A DNA stretch of 64,000 nt, taken from contig JASANG010003810.1 of NCBI GenBank assembly GCA_030248215.1, forward strand, positions 434,001-498,000, given 5' to 3'. Below, in pieces: positions 40,101-49,230 of this stretch (position 1 is the stretch's first letter; each line of letters begins with the position of its first letter). The stretch comes from Enoplolaimus lenunculus (lineage: Eukaryota). The translations under genes and the position numbers were made by a program. A model generated the notes under the pieces. The model made no database searches. It had not been told where the DNA came from and saw only the letters and a program-made list of their open reading frames with translations.

Positions 40101-42955
40101 GATGTGATTGTTGTCATACGTACATTTTGTAGCAAATGAATTACAAATACTTACATTTTGTACATAACGCTCGATACGGTTTTCGGATTTCAAGACCACT
40201 TCTTTCAAAAACTTGTACGCGTGTCTCATTTGCGTCTGAAATATAGCAACAGTAAACATACAGCCAAAACAAAAACAAACAAAACAATTTAATACACAAA
40301 ACGTGAAAACACACGCCATTCTCATCACTTAACAAAATTCACAATAACCTGCATTACGTAGTGCGGAATGATTATAATCTAAAAGTACCATTTTCAATAT
40401 TTCTTACGGTGTTGTAGTATTGAAATTGAAGTTTCCACGCATGTGCAAGCTTTGTGAATGATGACTAACGAAATCACAGAACAGGATACAAATAGCATAT
40501 TTTAGCAAAAATTCAATGAGACAGCGTCTCTTTCCATGCCAAGCAAATATCAATTCGTATTACGAGAAACCACGGCCCAAATATTTCCACTCATGCAAAA
40601 CTCCGTGAGTCTATGACCAGGTACCTTATTCGGCTCGATCCCATATTGAAATAGCGTATCCAGCACACGTGTTGACACTAGGTCACTTTCGTCCAACAAG
40701 CAACATATGACCTCCAGCATGAACTGCACACATTTATCCTGAAAGCAACATTTTGCTGAAGCAATGATTAATGTCACAAAGGAAACACATCTAAACTTCA
40801 GACAGACATTAAATATTTCCTTATTAATCTCATGCTTTATTAGATAAGAAACTTAAGCTTGTGTGCAATTGTAAATACATTGTTGGTAACGACAGTTTCA
40901 ATGATTATTCAACGTTTAAGAACGTTTTTAGCGAAACTCCAAACTTCGATCAACAACTATTATCACCAAAAACTCAAAAAGCCAGAAAGCTTTGCATGCA
41001 GAGTGAAAATAGTAAAAACAAACCTGGCTGTTATGACTTTCTGTGACGTTGAAAAAGCAGTTAAACACTGTACACAACACATCATCGCTGTCGTCTTCAT
41101 CCATTTCAAGTGACATATTAAAAATTCTAACCAAAACGACATTCTAAAGCATAATGTATAAACACAAACTAAACGATGATCTTAAACAACAAATTTCACA
41201 CTGTGTTAATGTAGAAATTTAGTGAATTTTCAATATATAAATAAAATGACGCAATTTAGTAACGCATTAATATTTAGGACCAGACTCAAACCGATTCACG
41301 GACAAAACAGTAAAATCTGACTTCAAGCTGTTAACCAGTGATTGCCACTGCGCTGAAACTGGTTCACAAACTCTAATGTTTGTGCTTAGAGACTAACTGT
41401 ACCGAAGCTAGCAGCATACCTCAAGCAAACAAAAATATCGCCTGTACATCGGATCTTGTGGTCGCTCTAATCCTCGTAGTTGTTGAGCCAAAAATATCAG
41501 TACAACCTGTAATTATCCAGTGTGTACAACTTTATTACCCAAGCATACATATTGCTAAAAATTTCCAGCCCCGGGCGCAAGGATCTAGGTGCAACGCAAA
41601 ATTCCGGTTCCGGCATTTTTTCACCTTTAGGCACCGGTTCCGGTAAACTTTTACCACAAATAAAAATAGCGGTAGGTATTAAATTTGGGTCAGAATAAAA
41701 TGGGCGTTTTCCTAAAAAATGACAATAAAAATAAAATAAATGTCATTCACGTAGTATAATACGTAAACCTTGAAAATCATCCAAAATAAGCCATCCAAAG
41801 TTAGATTTCGCTTCCGTGAATAAAGTACGTAAGTAAATACCATCTTTAGCTAAAATTATTTCACGAATAAAATAGCAAAAAAAAAGAATATTAAAATGAA
41901 CTTTTCGGTGGCAAGTATTTTTAACTTTTCGATTCCGGTCCCGTTTTCGGTAATTTTTTAAAATTCCAGTTCGCATAAATTGTATATAATGACGGTTGCA
42001 CCCTGGCAAGGACATGACAGAACCTAGCTAATTGTTAGTAACAACACGTGTTTTGGAACCATACTGGATTCAGCTATATTAAACCAGATCCTATTCCAAA
42101 GTTTCAATTTTTGCCGATTATAAAACAGAGTCCCAACTTTTCTTGTTTTTCTAGCTAAAATCGCAAATAAATTATGAGTACAAGGATATCAATGTGTTTA
42201 ACAAACAGTGACCTCCCGCTACTGACCTATATATACAGTAAGTACTCACCTTTAACACATTATTATCGTCGTATGGTGAATTAGGTGCACATATGCGTAA
42301 AAGGTCAGCTAGACAGCATGCTACAAGCAACCTAACTTCTTTATTTCTGTGCTTAATGAATTCTTCTCCGGCGTAATAATTGGCGACATCAATAAATGCT
42401 TCATAATCATCTGTTTGTTCCATAGCCTCATAAGTGTCGCATAATTGCTGAAATAGTTCAATATACATGTGTTACATATCAGACAATGCTGGAATGCATA
42501 TTTTAAAACAAATTCGAACAATAAAGATAACCAATAGGCTACAACCGATTCCCCGGCTCCGGCTAAAATATGGTTAACTCAAGTTCGCTTTCCATAAGCT
42601 TTTGTTTGTATGTTTGCCTATTATGGAAAGTAGTATTAAAATAGGGTGATTAAATTTTACTTTTTGCCAAAATCTGCGCTCAGATATCCGGCTACGGTCT
42701 TCGTGACATCCGATTGAACACTAATAGGTACGTACTTCGATATGTTGGTTGAACGACTACATACGGAGGTCAAGGTCCAGCGAATATAAGAAAATGCTTT
42801 ACTGTTAAAATTGAACAAAACTACGTAAGGCAATCTACATAGCTAAAATCTCTTTCCAAAATTTAGCTCACTTCAAGTTTTTTAAGCAAAGTGCTCATCG
42901 GTTCGTCCGCGCTAATGCAATTCACATCTGTCGGCACAATGCGACTACCACCCAT
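6728..42955 (-). CDS. PDS5: Sister chromatid cohesion protein PDS5 (HEAT-repeat cohesin regulator), ~35 coding exons, ~1950 aa
   Basis: Conserved exons, all GT-AG and in phase: 42872-42955, 42250-42447 (FIKHRNKEVRLLVACCLADLLRICAPNSPY), 41420-41506, 41024-41143, 40625-40738, 40155-40235, 39263-39400, 38565-38680, 38004-38098, 37699-37844 (RDRTLDKK), 36937-37088 (FKVRKEAMSSLA), 35723-35836, 35323-35355, 35019-35116, 34446-34591, 33839-34078 (LLERSAPVLID), 33120-33210, 32024-32093, 20023-20149 (GTAKQAKHAVRC), 19222-19377, 18465-18551, 17669-17805, 16735-16858, 16165-16411, 15251-15365 (PEFVLCYTVHLLAHHP), 14892-15030 (CLWFIMEP...IKQTRDAQDPDD), 14064-14268 (KMWTLCDIA). Tail exons are less certain: 13140-13307, ~12801-12929, ~11569-11690, 11022-11270, 10317-10489, 9503-9577, ~7549-8943, ~6728/6742-6814. 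The motifs match metazoan PDS5A/B from memory. The exact stop is ambiguous (6728, 6742 or 7545). Confidence 0.93.
6956..7472. mobile_element. MITE in the 3' region of PDS5
   Basis: TATTCACATGTGCAAGTTTTTGCAGT / ACTGCAAAAACTTGCACGTATGAATA inverted ends. Confidence 0.7.
11737..12475. mobile_element. MITE with TIR CTGG(C/T)TTCTCCACAGC
   Basis: Inverted ends CTGGCTTCTCCACAGC / GCTGTGGAGAAACCAG with GCCCCC subterminal repeats. TSD unclear. Confidence 0.7.
15703..15885 (+). CDS. Candidate 60-aa coiled-coil microprotein ORF, antisense in a PDS5 intron
   Basis: MMASSADDFESPVEHQIYSQETELRERAADYSRQQKLLDRQIRNFKQQREIISKSLSNKN*: charged, helical composition, not recognisably repeat-derived, with a TTTTCAG acceptor-like site at 15667-15673 upstream. 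No homology recognised. Confidence 0.3.
   Translation: MMASSADDFESPVEHQIYSQETELRERAADYSRQQKLLDRQIRNFKQQREIISKSLSNKN
17049..17444. mobile_element. hAT-like MITE with CCGGTT subterminal repeats
   Basis: GGGTGCAACCGGAATTCCGGTTCC ... CCGGTTGCACCCTG. Related copies at ~41585-42005, ~61125-61513 and ~63304-63699. Confidence 0.75.
21016..23177. mobile_element. hAT-like element (middle of nested set)
   Basis: TIR TAGAGTTGCAAC / GATGCGACTCTA with 8-bp TSD GCGATTAC / GCGAATAC and CCCGGACCCGG subterminal repeats. Confidence 0.75.
21867..22550. mobile_element. hAT-like MITE (innermost of nested set)
   Basis: TIR CAATGGCGGATCCA / TGGATCCGTCACTG with perfect 8-bp TSD AACCTGAC. Confidence 0.85.
24285..24634. 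repeat. Minisatellite, 28-bp unit, about 12.5 copies
   Basis: Near-perfect tandem CCCGACATCGACGAACTCTTTTACACTT with no spacers. It explains the periodic ORFs 24168-24650 and 24226-24579. Confidence 0.95.
25204..29520 (+). CDS. STAR/GSG-family KH RNA-binding protein (Quaking/GLD-1/ASD-2/How-like), ~530 aa, 5 exons, nested antisense in PDS5 intron 18
   Basis: Exons 25204-25387, 26192-26668, 27513-27692, 28165-28472 and 29077-29520 join in phase (1,1,1,0) to 1593 nt. QUA1: MEYLQQLLEDKYKL...[51 protein letters not shown]...EPLHIVVTA, with an intact GPRG loop. QUA2: DDLKMRQLIELAILNGTYR. Confidence 0.9.
25591..25979. repeat. Tandem direct duplication of a ~194-bp unit containing a truncated TTAGGC-family element
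   Basis: AAACACTGAGTGTTGTTTACAG...AATAGTACACTACC occurs at 25591-25784 and again at 25785-25979 with few differences. Confidence 0.9.
26568..26650 (+). repeat. (AAC/ACC)n coding microsatellite, poly-Asn/Thr
   Basis: Lies in exon 2 of the STAR gene between QUA1 and KH. Confidence 0.9.
26677..26892. mobile_element. hAT-like MITE (CAGGGTGCAA family)
   Basis: TIR CAGGGTGCAA / TTGCACCCTG with perfect 8-bp TSD GTGGGTAC. Sister copy 29839-30095 has TSD CAACCTAA / CAAACTAA. Confidence 0.88.
28074..28151. repeat. (TA)n microsatellite
   Basis: Near-pure TA run just upstream of the splice acceptor at 28163-28164. Confidence 0.97.
30907..31297. mobile_element. hAT-like MITE (TAGGGATGTGCCGA family)
   Basis: Right TIR TCGGCACATCCCTA and a degenerate left TIR, with CTTATAAA on both flanks. 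Related copies at ~9701-10040 and 17859-18233. Confidence 0.7.
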
Positions 42956-43925
42956 GATGACGTTTCAACCAAGCAGCAACAATATTATTTATATAAGAAG
43001 TTTAGTTGCACGATATATTTACCTCAATAAAAAAATTTAAGAACTTAAGATGCTAGAGTCCTTTACCTCGTTGCGCAATTGCAAGCTGTACTACTTTAAT
43101 TGAGGCACTAAACCGCTCAAAGATAAGTTTTAAAATAACCAAGTTATCAAAATATCTTCAGTACCTGCTGAAAATTACAAACTACACTAACTTATTAGCA
43201 CTCAAAATGCAACATAATTTATGGAAAATATTAGAGTTAGAACCAAAATTAGTTACTTACAATGACGAACTTCTTGAATGAAAACAAAATTTCGACTGCA
43301 TACTGTATTTTACTTGTTTCCCTTGACTGTACGCAAAGCTTTTCGTACCAAAACCGAACCCAGAAACAGCGCAACCCTAGCTATGTATATTTGGGGCCTA
43401 CCGAAATTTTACTTGAAAACAAATTATAAAAGTTACGCATGAAATCTCCTGAAAAGGATTAAGCTAAAGCTTTAGGCTAACGTTTCCTCAGTCATAAACT
43501 AAAAGTTAGGCATAGGCTTAATTGTATGCTTATCTTTACACACATTTTTTACAGTTAGGTTAAGTCTTTATTCATGAATGTTTGCGGAGTTCATGATATA
43601 ATTGTGGCAGCTTGGGGCATGTTTGGTCCCCACACTGTTGGGGTAAATTTTGTCTGAATTACGGAACGTAGCATACCTGACCATTTTTTAAGGTTTCAAT
43701 TATTCGACAGTTCCCCACAAATATTCCTAGGCACACCCTGGGCGCCAATCTGTTTCCAAAAGTGGGGGGTCAATTCAGTAATTCCAACATGCGCACTTTT
43801 TGAATCAGAGAGTAATACAAAAAATTTATTAAAGCAAGTAATATAAAGCTATTAAACACTGGGTGGGTCAATGACCCCCCCACCCCCCTTGGATTGGCGC
43901 CCATACCCTGTACGTGCTTTCAAAA

Positions 43926-44375
43926 TACTGTATTGACCCGAATAAGAGGGGGAGAGGTAATAAGAGGGGGTCCCCATTTTTAGTCCGAATCAATTAGAGT
44001 CCGTATCCCTAATAAGAGTCAGTAAGCGGATAGACTCTCTAAACCCTAATTAGAGTCCATAAATGTTAATTAACCCTGATTATAGCGTATAAATGACTCC
44101 ATGATCAAATAAAATTTGAGTTCGAAACTTTAAAGCGTACTTAAATTTAGAAAGTACATTCCTAAATATAACGTTGTATTATCGCTCAAGCTATGAACAC
44201 AAGACAAATAAACGTTTAATTCAACGGATAATTGCAGTACCGGATATATATCAGTAACGAAGGCGGCGGAGCGTTGGTTAAGAATAAATAACAGTCCTTA
44301 ACCGAATAACAAGGGGGTACTCTCTGGAGAGGCGAAATAAATATCAGACCCCCTCTTATTCGGGCCACTACAATA
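43926..44375. mobile_element. TA-flanked Tc1/mariner-like MITE (family A)
   Basis: TACTGTATTGACCCGAATAAGAGGGG ... CCCCTCTTATTCGGGCCACTACAATA inverted ends. Followed by a partial second copy ending 44850. Confidence 0.8.
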
Positions 44376-45221
44376 CTCTATTGGAGTCCGGTGGAAAAAC
44401 GGCACGCTCCTTAAAGTAACCTTGAGCGTGAATATTCGTAGTTGGTATTCAAGTTTATTTTCTGGACCCGCACTTTTAGCTGTACACCGCTCGCGTTATT
44501 CGACTGCGCAGATGAAGCAAAACTCAAGGATGCACTGCAAGCGAAATTTCAAGCGATGGAACAAATATTCGCCAAGCTGACTGAAGCTGCATATCCTTCA
44601 ACTTGCCAGTGTCTCCAAAAAGCCGCCGGGAATAATTTGTAAGTTTGACTCCGCCCAAAAATTGTACACTGACACAAACAAATAAACGTTTAATTCAACG
44701 GCTAACTGCTGTACCGGATATATATCAGTAACGAATGACGTCGGAGGGCGGGTTAAAAATAAATAACAGTCCGTAAACGAATAACAGGGGGAGTCCCTCT
44801 GGAGAGGCCAAATAAATATGAGTCCCCCTCTTATTCGGGTCACTACAGTATTACCACGTATTTATAGATTCAAAGCATTAATTTCTATACTTTCAGTATT
44901 GGCATGAGAACGTTTTTGTTACCGCCCTTGATCGGTGACATTTTTTTTCTACACTCAGTTGTCACCGCCTCGGGCGGTGACTCTGTTATCGACACAACAC
45001 GCCAAATAAAATGTCTTTATTCAAGAAATATTGTCTGAAATTTAAGACAAATATGCTTTGCTATGGACTCCACACATATATTTCTTGAATTTCAGACTTC
45101 TTTTTCTTAAATTTTTCGGAAATATGGTTCAGAAATTTTACAGGCATTTAATGTAAGACTATGACAAATATTTCGGAAACATAAGACAAATTACGTCTTA
45201 AATAAAAGACTAATGTTTTCA

Positions 45222-47200
45222 ATGGGAACGACACTAATTTTCATGGTTCGCGCGGGAGATAAGAGAAGTAGCAACCCCGGCGATTACGGCGCGGAATACG
45301 TGGTTCAAGCGAGCTCCGGCGGATTTCTTCATATCGCTATCGTCGCACGTGAACATACAGTTATTTGACAGATCACAGGACGAAGAGGTGAAACGGAGCA
45401 GGACCCTGATCGCGTCGCGTGAGTATCAGAATCAGAGGTGGTAAACTGAGGCGAAATTTTAAGAAGGATAATTTGTGGGCAATGCGCGCAACTAATACAG
45501 CCATAAGGGTGGAAACAAGGGTCGTTGCGTGGGTTGCAGGAACCGGTGCAGGGTAAACCGGAAGACAGTTTCAGGTGGATACGGTAAGAACAGCGGCAAG
45601 GCTATTTCAGTGGTTTAACAAAACTTACTCGTATCCGGAGGTTAAAAAGGAAGTGGAGTTACCATAGTTGACGCTTCCGGCGACCACTCGGCAATCCATG
45701 ACAGAGATGGCGGAAAATTTTGCTCAGAAGGAAACTAGAGCAGCTCGCAAGGATTGCGGAGACGAACAGGAAAGCGATGGAAATGTGTCGAGATTGTTTG
45801 CCGGAAGAACGGCGAGCAACGTCGAGGTCAGAGCCGACGGATGTGGAGGTGATAGAACAGGATGAGTCGCAGCCTGGTACGAGCAGAGAACCGACGCAGG
45901 CTGAAGCTCAAGCTCGAGCTGGGGCAAGAGAGGTGTCAACGCAGCAGGTTCAGCCAGAAATAAGCAAAGAACCTGTGGTAAGCGTTGTACGGATGGAACC
46001 TTGAACGGAAGGTACGAGCGTAGAGACGCGAGACGGGACTCAGCTGGCGTGAGAGAATGCGGAAAGGCAAATGATAACAGAGCAGGTGAGTGAGGAAGAG
46101 ATTGAGTCGGTACCGGATGATGATATTTAGAAGGTGACGCCTAAGAAGGGGTCAGAGGAATGGAAAAAGGGGATGGGAAAGCGCAAAGGTGCAGGAAAAC
46201 GGAAGGCGACGGCGTGGGAATCGGGAAGGGAAACGCCGCAGTTTAATGTAGGTGCGGGGGAGAAATTAATGTCCCCTATCGAGAGAAGAGTTTTTGAATC
46301 TGTTGCAGCGTCCGGCGGCACCTCCACCAGTTCTGCGGAAAGAACCGGAGAGGGAGAAGCCGCCAGCGTCAGGATATATTAGGGTGCGGAATGCGGCGGG
46401 TGAATTGAAACGGAGGTCGATCCGCAGACGCATCGGACGGCCTCACGGGGTAAACGCGCTGCCGAAAGAGGCAGGGGTCGGGTCGATGTGCGTTCGGCGT
46501 GAGGATCTGTGGTAAGCAAAATAAGGCCGAGGCAAGAGAATCCGGTGTATGATTCGGCGACCGTGGGTGCAGAAACTGCAGCAGGGCAGTGGAGCCAGGG
46601 TTTAGGAGTGCAGGGAATGGGTGTGAACCCACCCGCGGCGGCAGCAGCGGTACGGCCTCAAATCCGGCAATTGTCGGGCGAGCGGTCTCCGGTAAGGGTT
46701 GCCGGCTACATGGATCAACCACAAATTGGCGATGGTCGACGATTCTATTATTGACGCAAAGTACAATCGGTTCGGCAACGGATCCAGGAACTTCGGCAAG
46801 CGGAACGGCAGCACCAACAACCAGCGACACAACCGCGGGGACAAGGATTGGAGTTTTATTCGCAGGAAGAAATGGACGCTACTATTCGCAAATTGCGTCA
46901 ACAATGCGATGACGTCATTTTGAGGGACTTTACTGGGGAAGGTTTATGGTAATGGATCGGGGTAATCATACGCTTGATTGTGGATGGACGTTGTGTTATG
47001 GTGGCTCAGAGTCAGGCGCTTGAGATTTTGGACGAACTGTGTCATTTTACGGTTTTTCAGGGTGCTGGGGGTGCTGATTAATGTTTAGTACGCTGATGGA
47101 CGGATGGTCGGTTAGGATGATGGCCGCAACGACGCGTTGGTCGTGGGTCAATAATGTCACTTGGTTATTAAATAGCAAAAAAAACAAAAAGAAAATATAA
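45222..47200 (+). pseudogene. Decayed long ORF of unknown origin (probably transposon- or virus-derived)
   Basis: GC-richer, purine-rich island. Track ORFs 45720-46004, 46134-46382 and 46509-46754 are in the same frame, which continues to ~46950 through seven in-frame stops (5 TGA, 2 TAG). No domain recognised. Confidence 0.5.
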
Positions 47201-47924
47201 ATATTGTTATTGCAGTAAATAGGGTCGTAAAATTTTGTTCGATGGCGGGGTCGGTATCTGTGTGGCCGAAGTGGGGTTTTATGTGACTGTGCCAATCTTA
47301 AACATATTTCAAACTACAAACTGAAACTAAATCTAAAACCAAACCTACACCATAAGGGACTCCCCGGCTCCGCCTAGTCTCTCTTACAACCTAAGGTAGG
47401 CTTTTAATTATTAATTATATATAAATATATATCATCGCGGTCTCTGATTGTCAGACTGGGGAAAATACATAGAAAGCTGCAACAGAAGTACATGATGTTC
47501 TATTTATATATTCCAATAAAACATAATCAACATAAAACTGGAACAAATATTTTAACTGGCCAGGTTCGAAGTTTTTTGATAGCGCTCATCCCACCTCGTT
47601 CTCGAGATTTCTTGCCGCCCCGCCATACCCCGTTTGCGCTATTTTTCACCCAGCCCCTTCCCGCCCCACGCGATGTCCTGTCCCACTTCCAACTCTGAGC
47701 GTACGCGATTGCACTCCGCGTAAACTGGTTCACACCAAATTCATAAGCGGGCCAACTACTGTGCCCTGTGAGTTTGATCAGAAGGAAAACAAAGCGTTCT
47801 TTGCAAGATACAACAACCAACGCTTAAAATTTTTGCCTGGTGCTTGCCAGAACTGCACGGTCGGAACGACCTCTCATCCTCAAAGTACTGCGGATGGTTT
47901 TTGCCGTAATTTTTCCGAAACATA

Positions 47925-47997
47925 CGGCGACACCGAAAATCGAACCTCGGACTTCTCGCTCGTGAGTCAAACGCGCTACCCATTACACCACCCGACC
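47925..47997 (-). pseudogene. Degenerate tRNA-like sequence (loop CTCACGA, Val-CAC-like)
   Basis: Minus strand GGTCGGGTGGTGTAATGGGTAGCGCG...CTCACGA...AAGTCCGAGGTTCGATTTTCGG shows A and B boxes and a pairable T stem. The anticodon stem is broken. Confidence 0.5.
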
Positions 47998-48125
47998 GAT
48001 ATCATCTTTCTTTAGTGCAATATGTGAACGTATGACTTAACATTACGCACTCTATTCACATACACACTGTCAGTCTAGGTTGGACCTGAGGGACATCAGA
48101 CCTTTTCCTAAGCAGCTGGAAAAGC

Positions 48126-48199
48126 GGGTTACGGGTGGTTTCGAACAAGTGACCTTCTGCGTGTCAGGCAGACGCTGTTACCACTGCGCTACGCAGCCC
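48126..48199 (-). pseudogene. tRNA-Val-like sequence (anticodon GAC), probably a pseudogene or SINE-like head
   Basis: Minus strand GGCTGCGTAGCGCAGTGGTAACAGCGTCTGCCTGACACGCAGAAGGTCACTTGTTCGAAACCACCCGTAACC has A box, B box, a perfect anticodon stem TCTGC/GCAGA and a 6/7 acceptor stem, but a poorly paired T stem. Confidence 0.6.
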
Positions 48200-49230
48200 G
48201 CCTCTCCAACTGCATTTTTCGTCGACTCTATGTGTCGACCGCACACCACAATGTGCATTGCATTTATTGCATGTGCACCAGGACAAGCATGTCTCACATG
48301 CTTACACACACAACGTAAACCAACATTCCCCTTTTTATAGACGGTTTTCACGAATCGCTAATTCAAACTTCTACGAATCCATGCGCCAGCCATTGACAGC
48401 GCCAATATCGGTGGGACCTCCATGTCGAAACGGCACGGTCGGGACGTCCCCTTTCTCTGAAGTACGATACCAATAAACTGAATGCTCTGGCAATATTTTT
48501 ATCGAATTTTTTTAGTTTTATTCTGACCTGGGCTATTCAAGTGCTCTCAGCCATTCTGCCCATGTGGATGGCTTCATAATGTTCCCACCCTATGAATGTA
48601 CAGCGCTTCAGAGTGACATGTCCAATGTTTCCAGGTTTTGATTGACTGCGTAAGTTCCAATGAGTTGATTAATTAATTCAACTAGCGAGTTGGTTATTTC
48701 TCAGTTAATATCAGTAAACATTAACTCACTCTCAGTTGAATTGATTCATACTCTGAGTTGAGTTGACCCTGGGAGTTGATTAATTAACTCGGAATGAATT
48801 GAATCAACTTAAAATTCAGAGTTCTGATAGTCCTAACTCAGATTGAGTGATTGAACTCATTCTGAGTTAAAATCAACTCACTGAAATTTACAGTATCGCC
48901 GAAATTTTTAAATTGTTCTGGCACGCTCAAACTATATTCATCTACGTCGAGTTCAAGCGCCCATTTTTTGGTTGCACTCGCAGACATCGTGTTTATGTTC
49001 CCACGGTTTGTTACGCACAGCCATAAAAATTTCTCACGCTCAATTTTTTCCCATTCATGTAAACAGTACCCTGCGCAATATACACTCATGTTCAATCCTT
49101 CTGGCTTCATTCTCAGACGTGTTAAAAAGTTCCCACGCACCAACACAGTCTAGAATATTCCCACGGTTGACATCTGCGGCTTCTCGTCAAAGTATTATCT
49201 TCCTATAATTTCCCATCCATTCAAAACATT

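Noticed and set aside
48126..48199. Functional tRNA-Val(GAC) gene
   Set aside because: The T stem and D stem are poorly paired and a truncated copy exists in a repeat context, so it is kept only as tRNA-derived.
48838..49230. ORF downstream of the CAP stop with a repeated NRGNI-like segment
   Set aside because: Probably 3' UTR running into a family E MITE. Stops occur in the upstream part and no domain is recognised.
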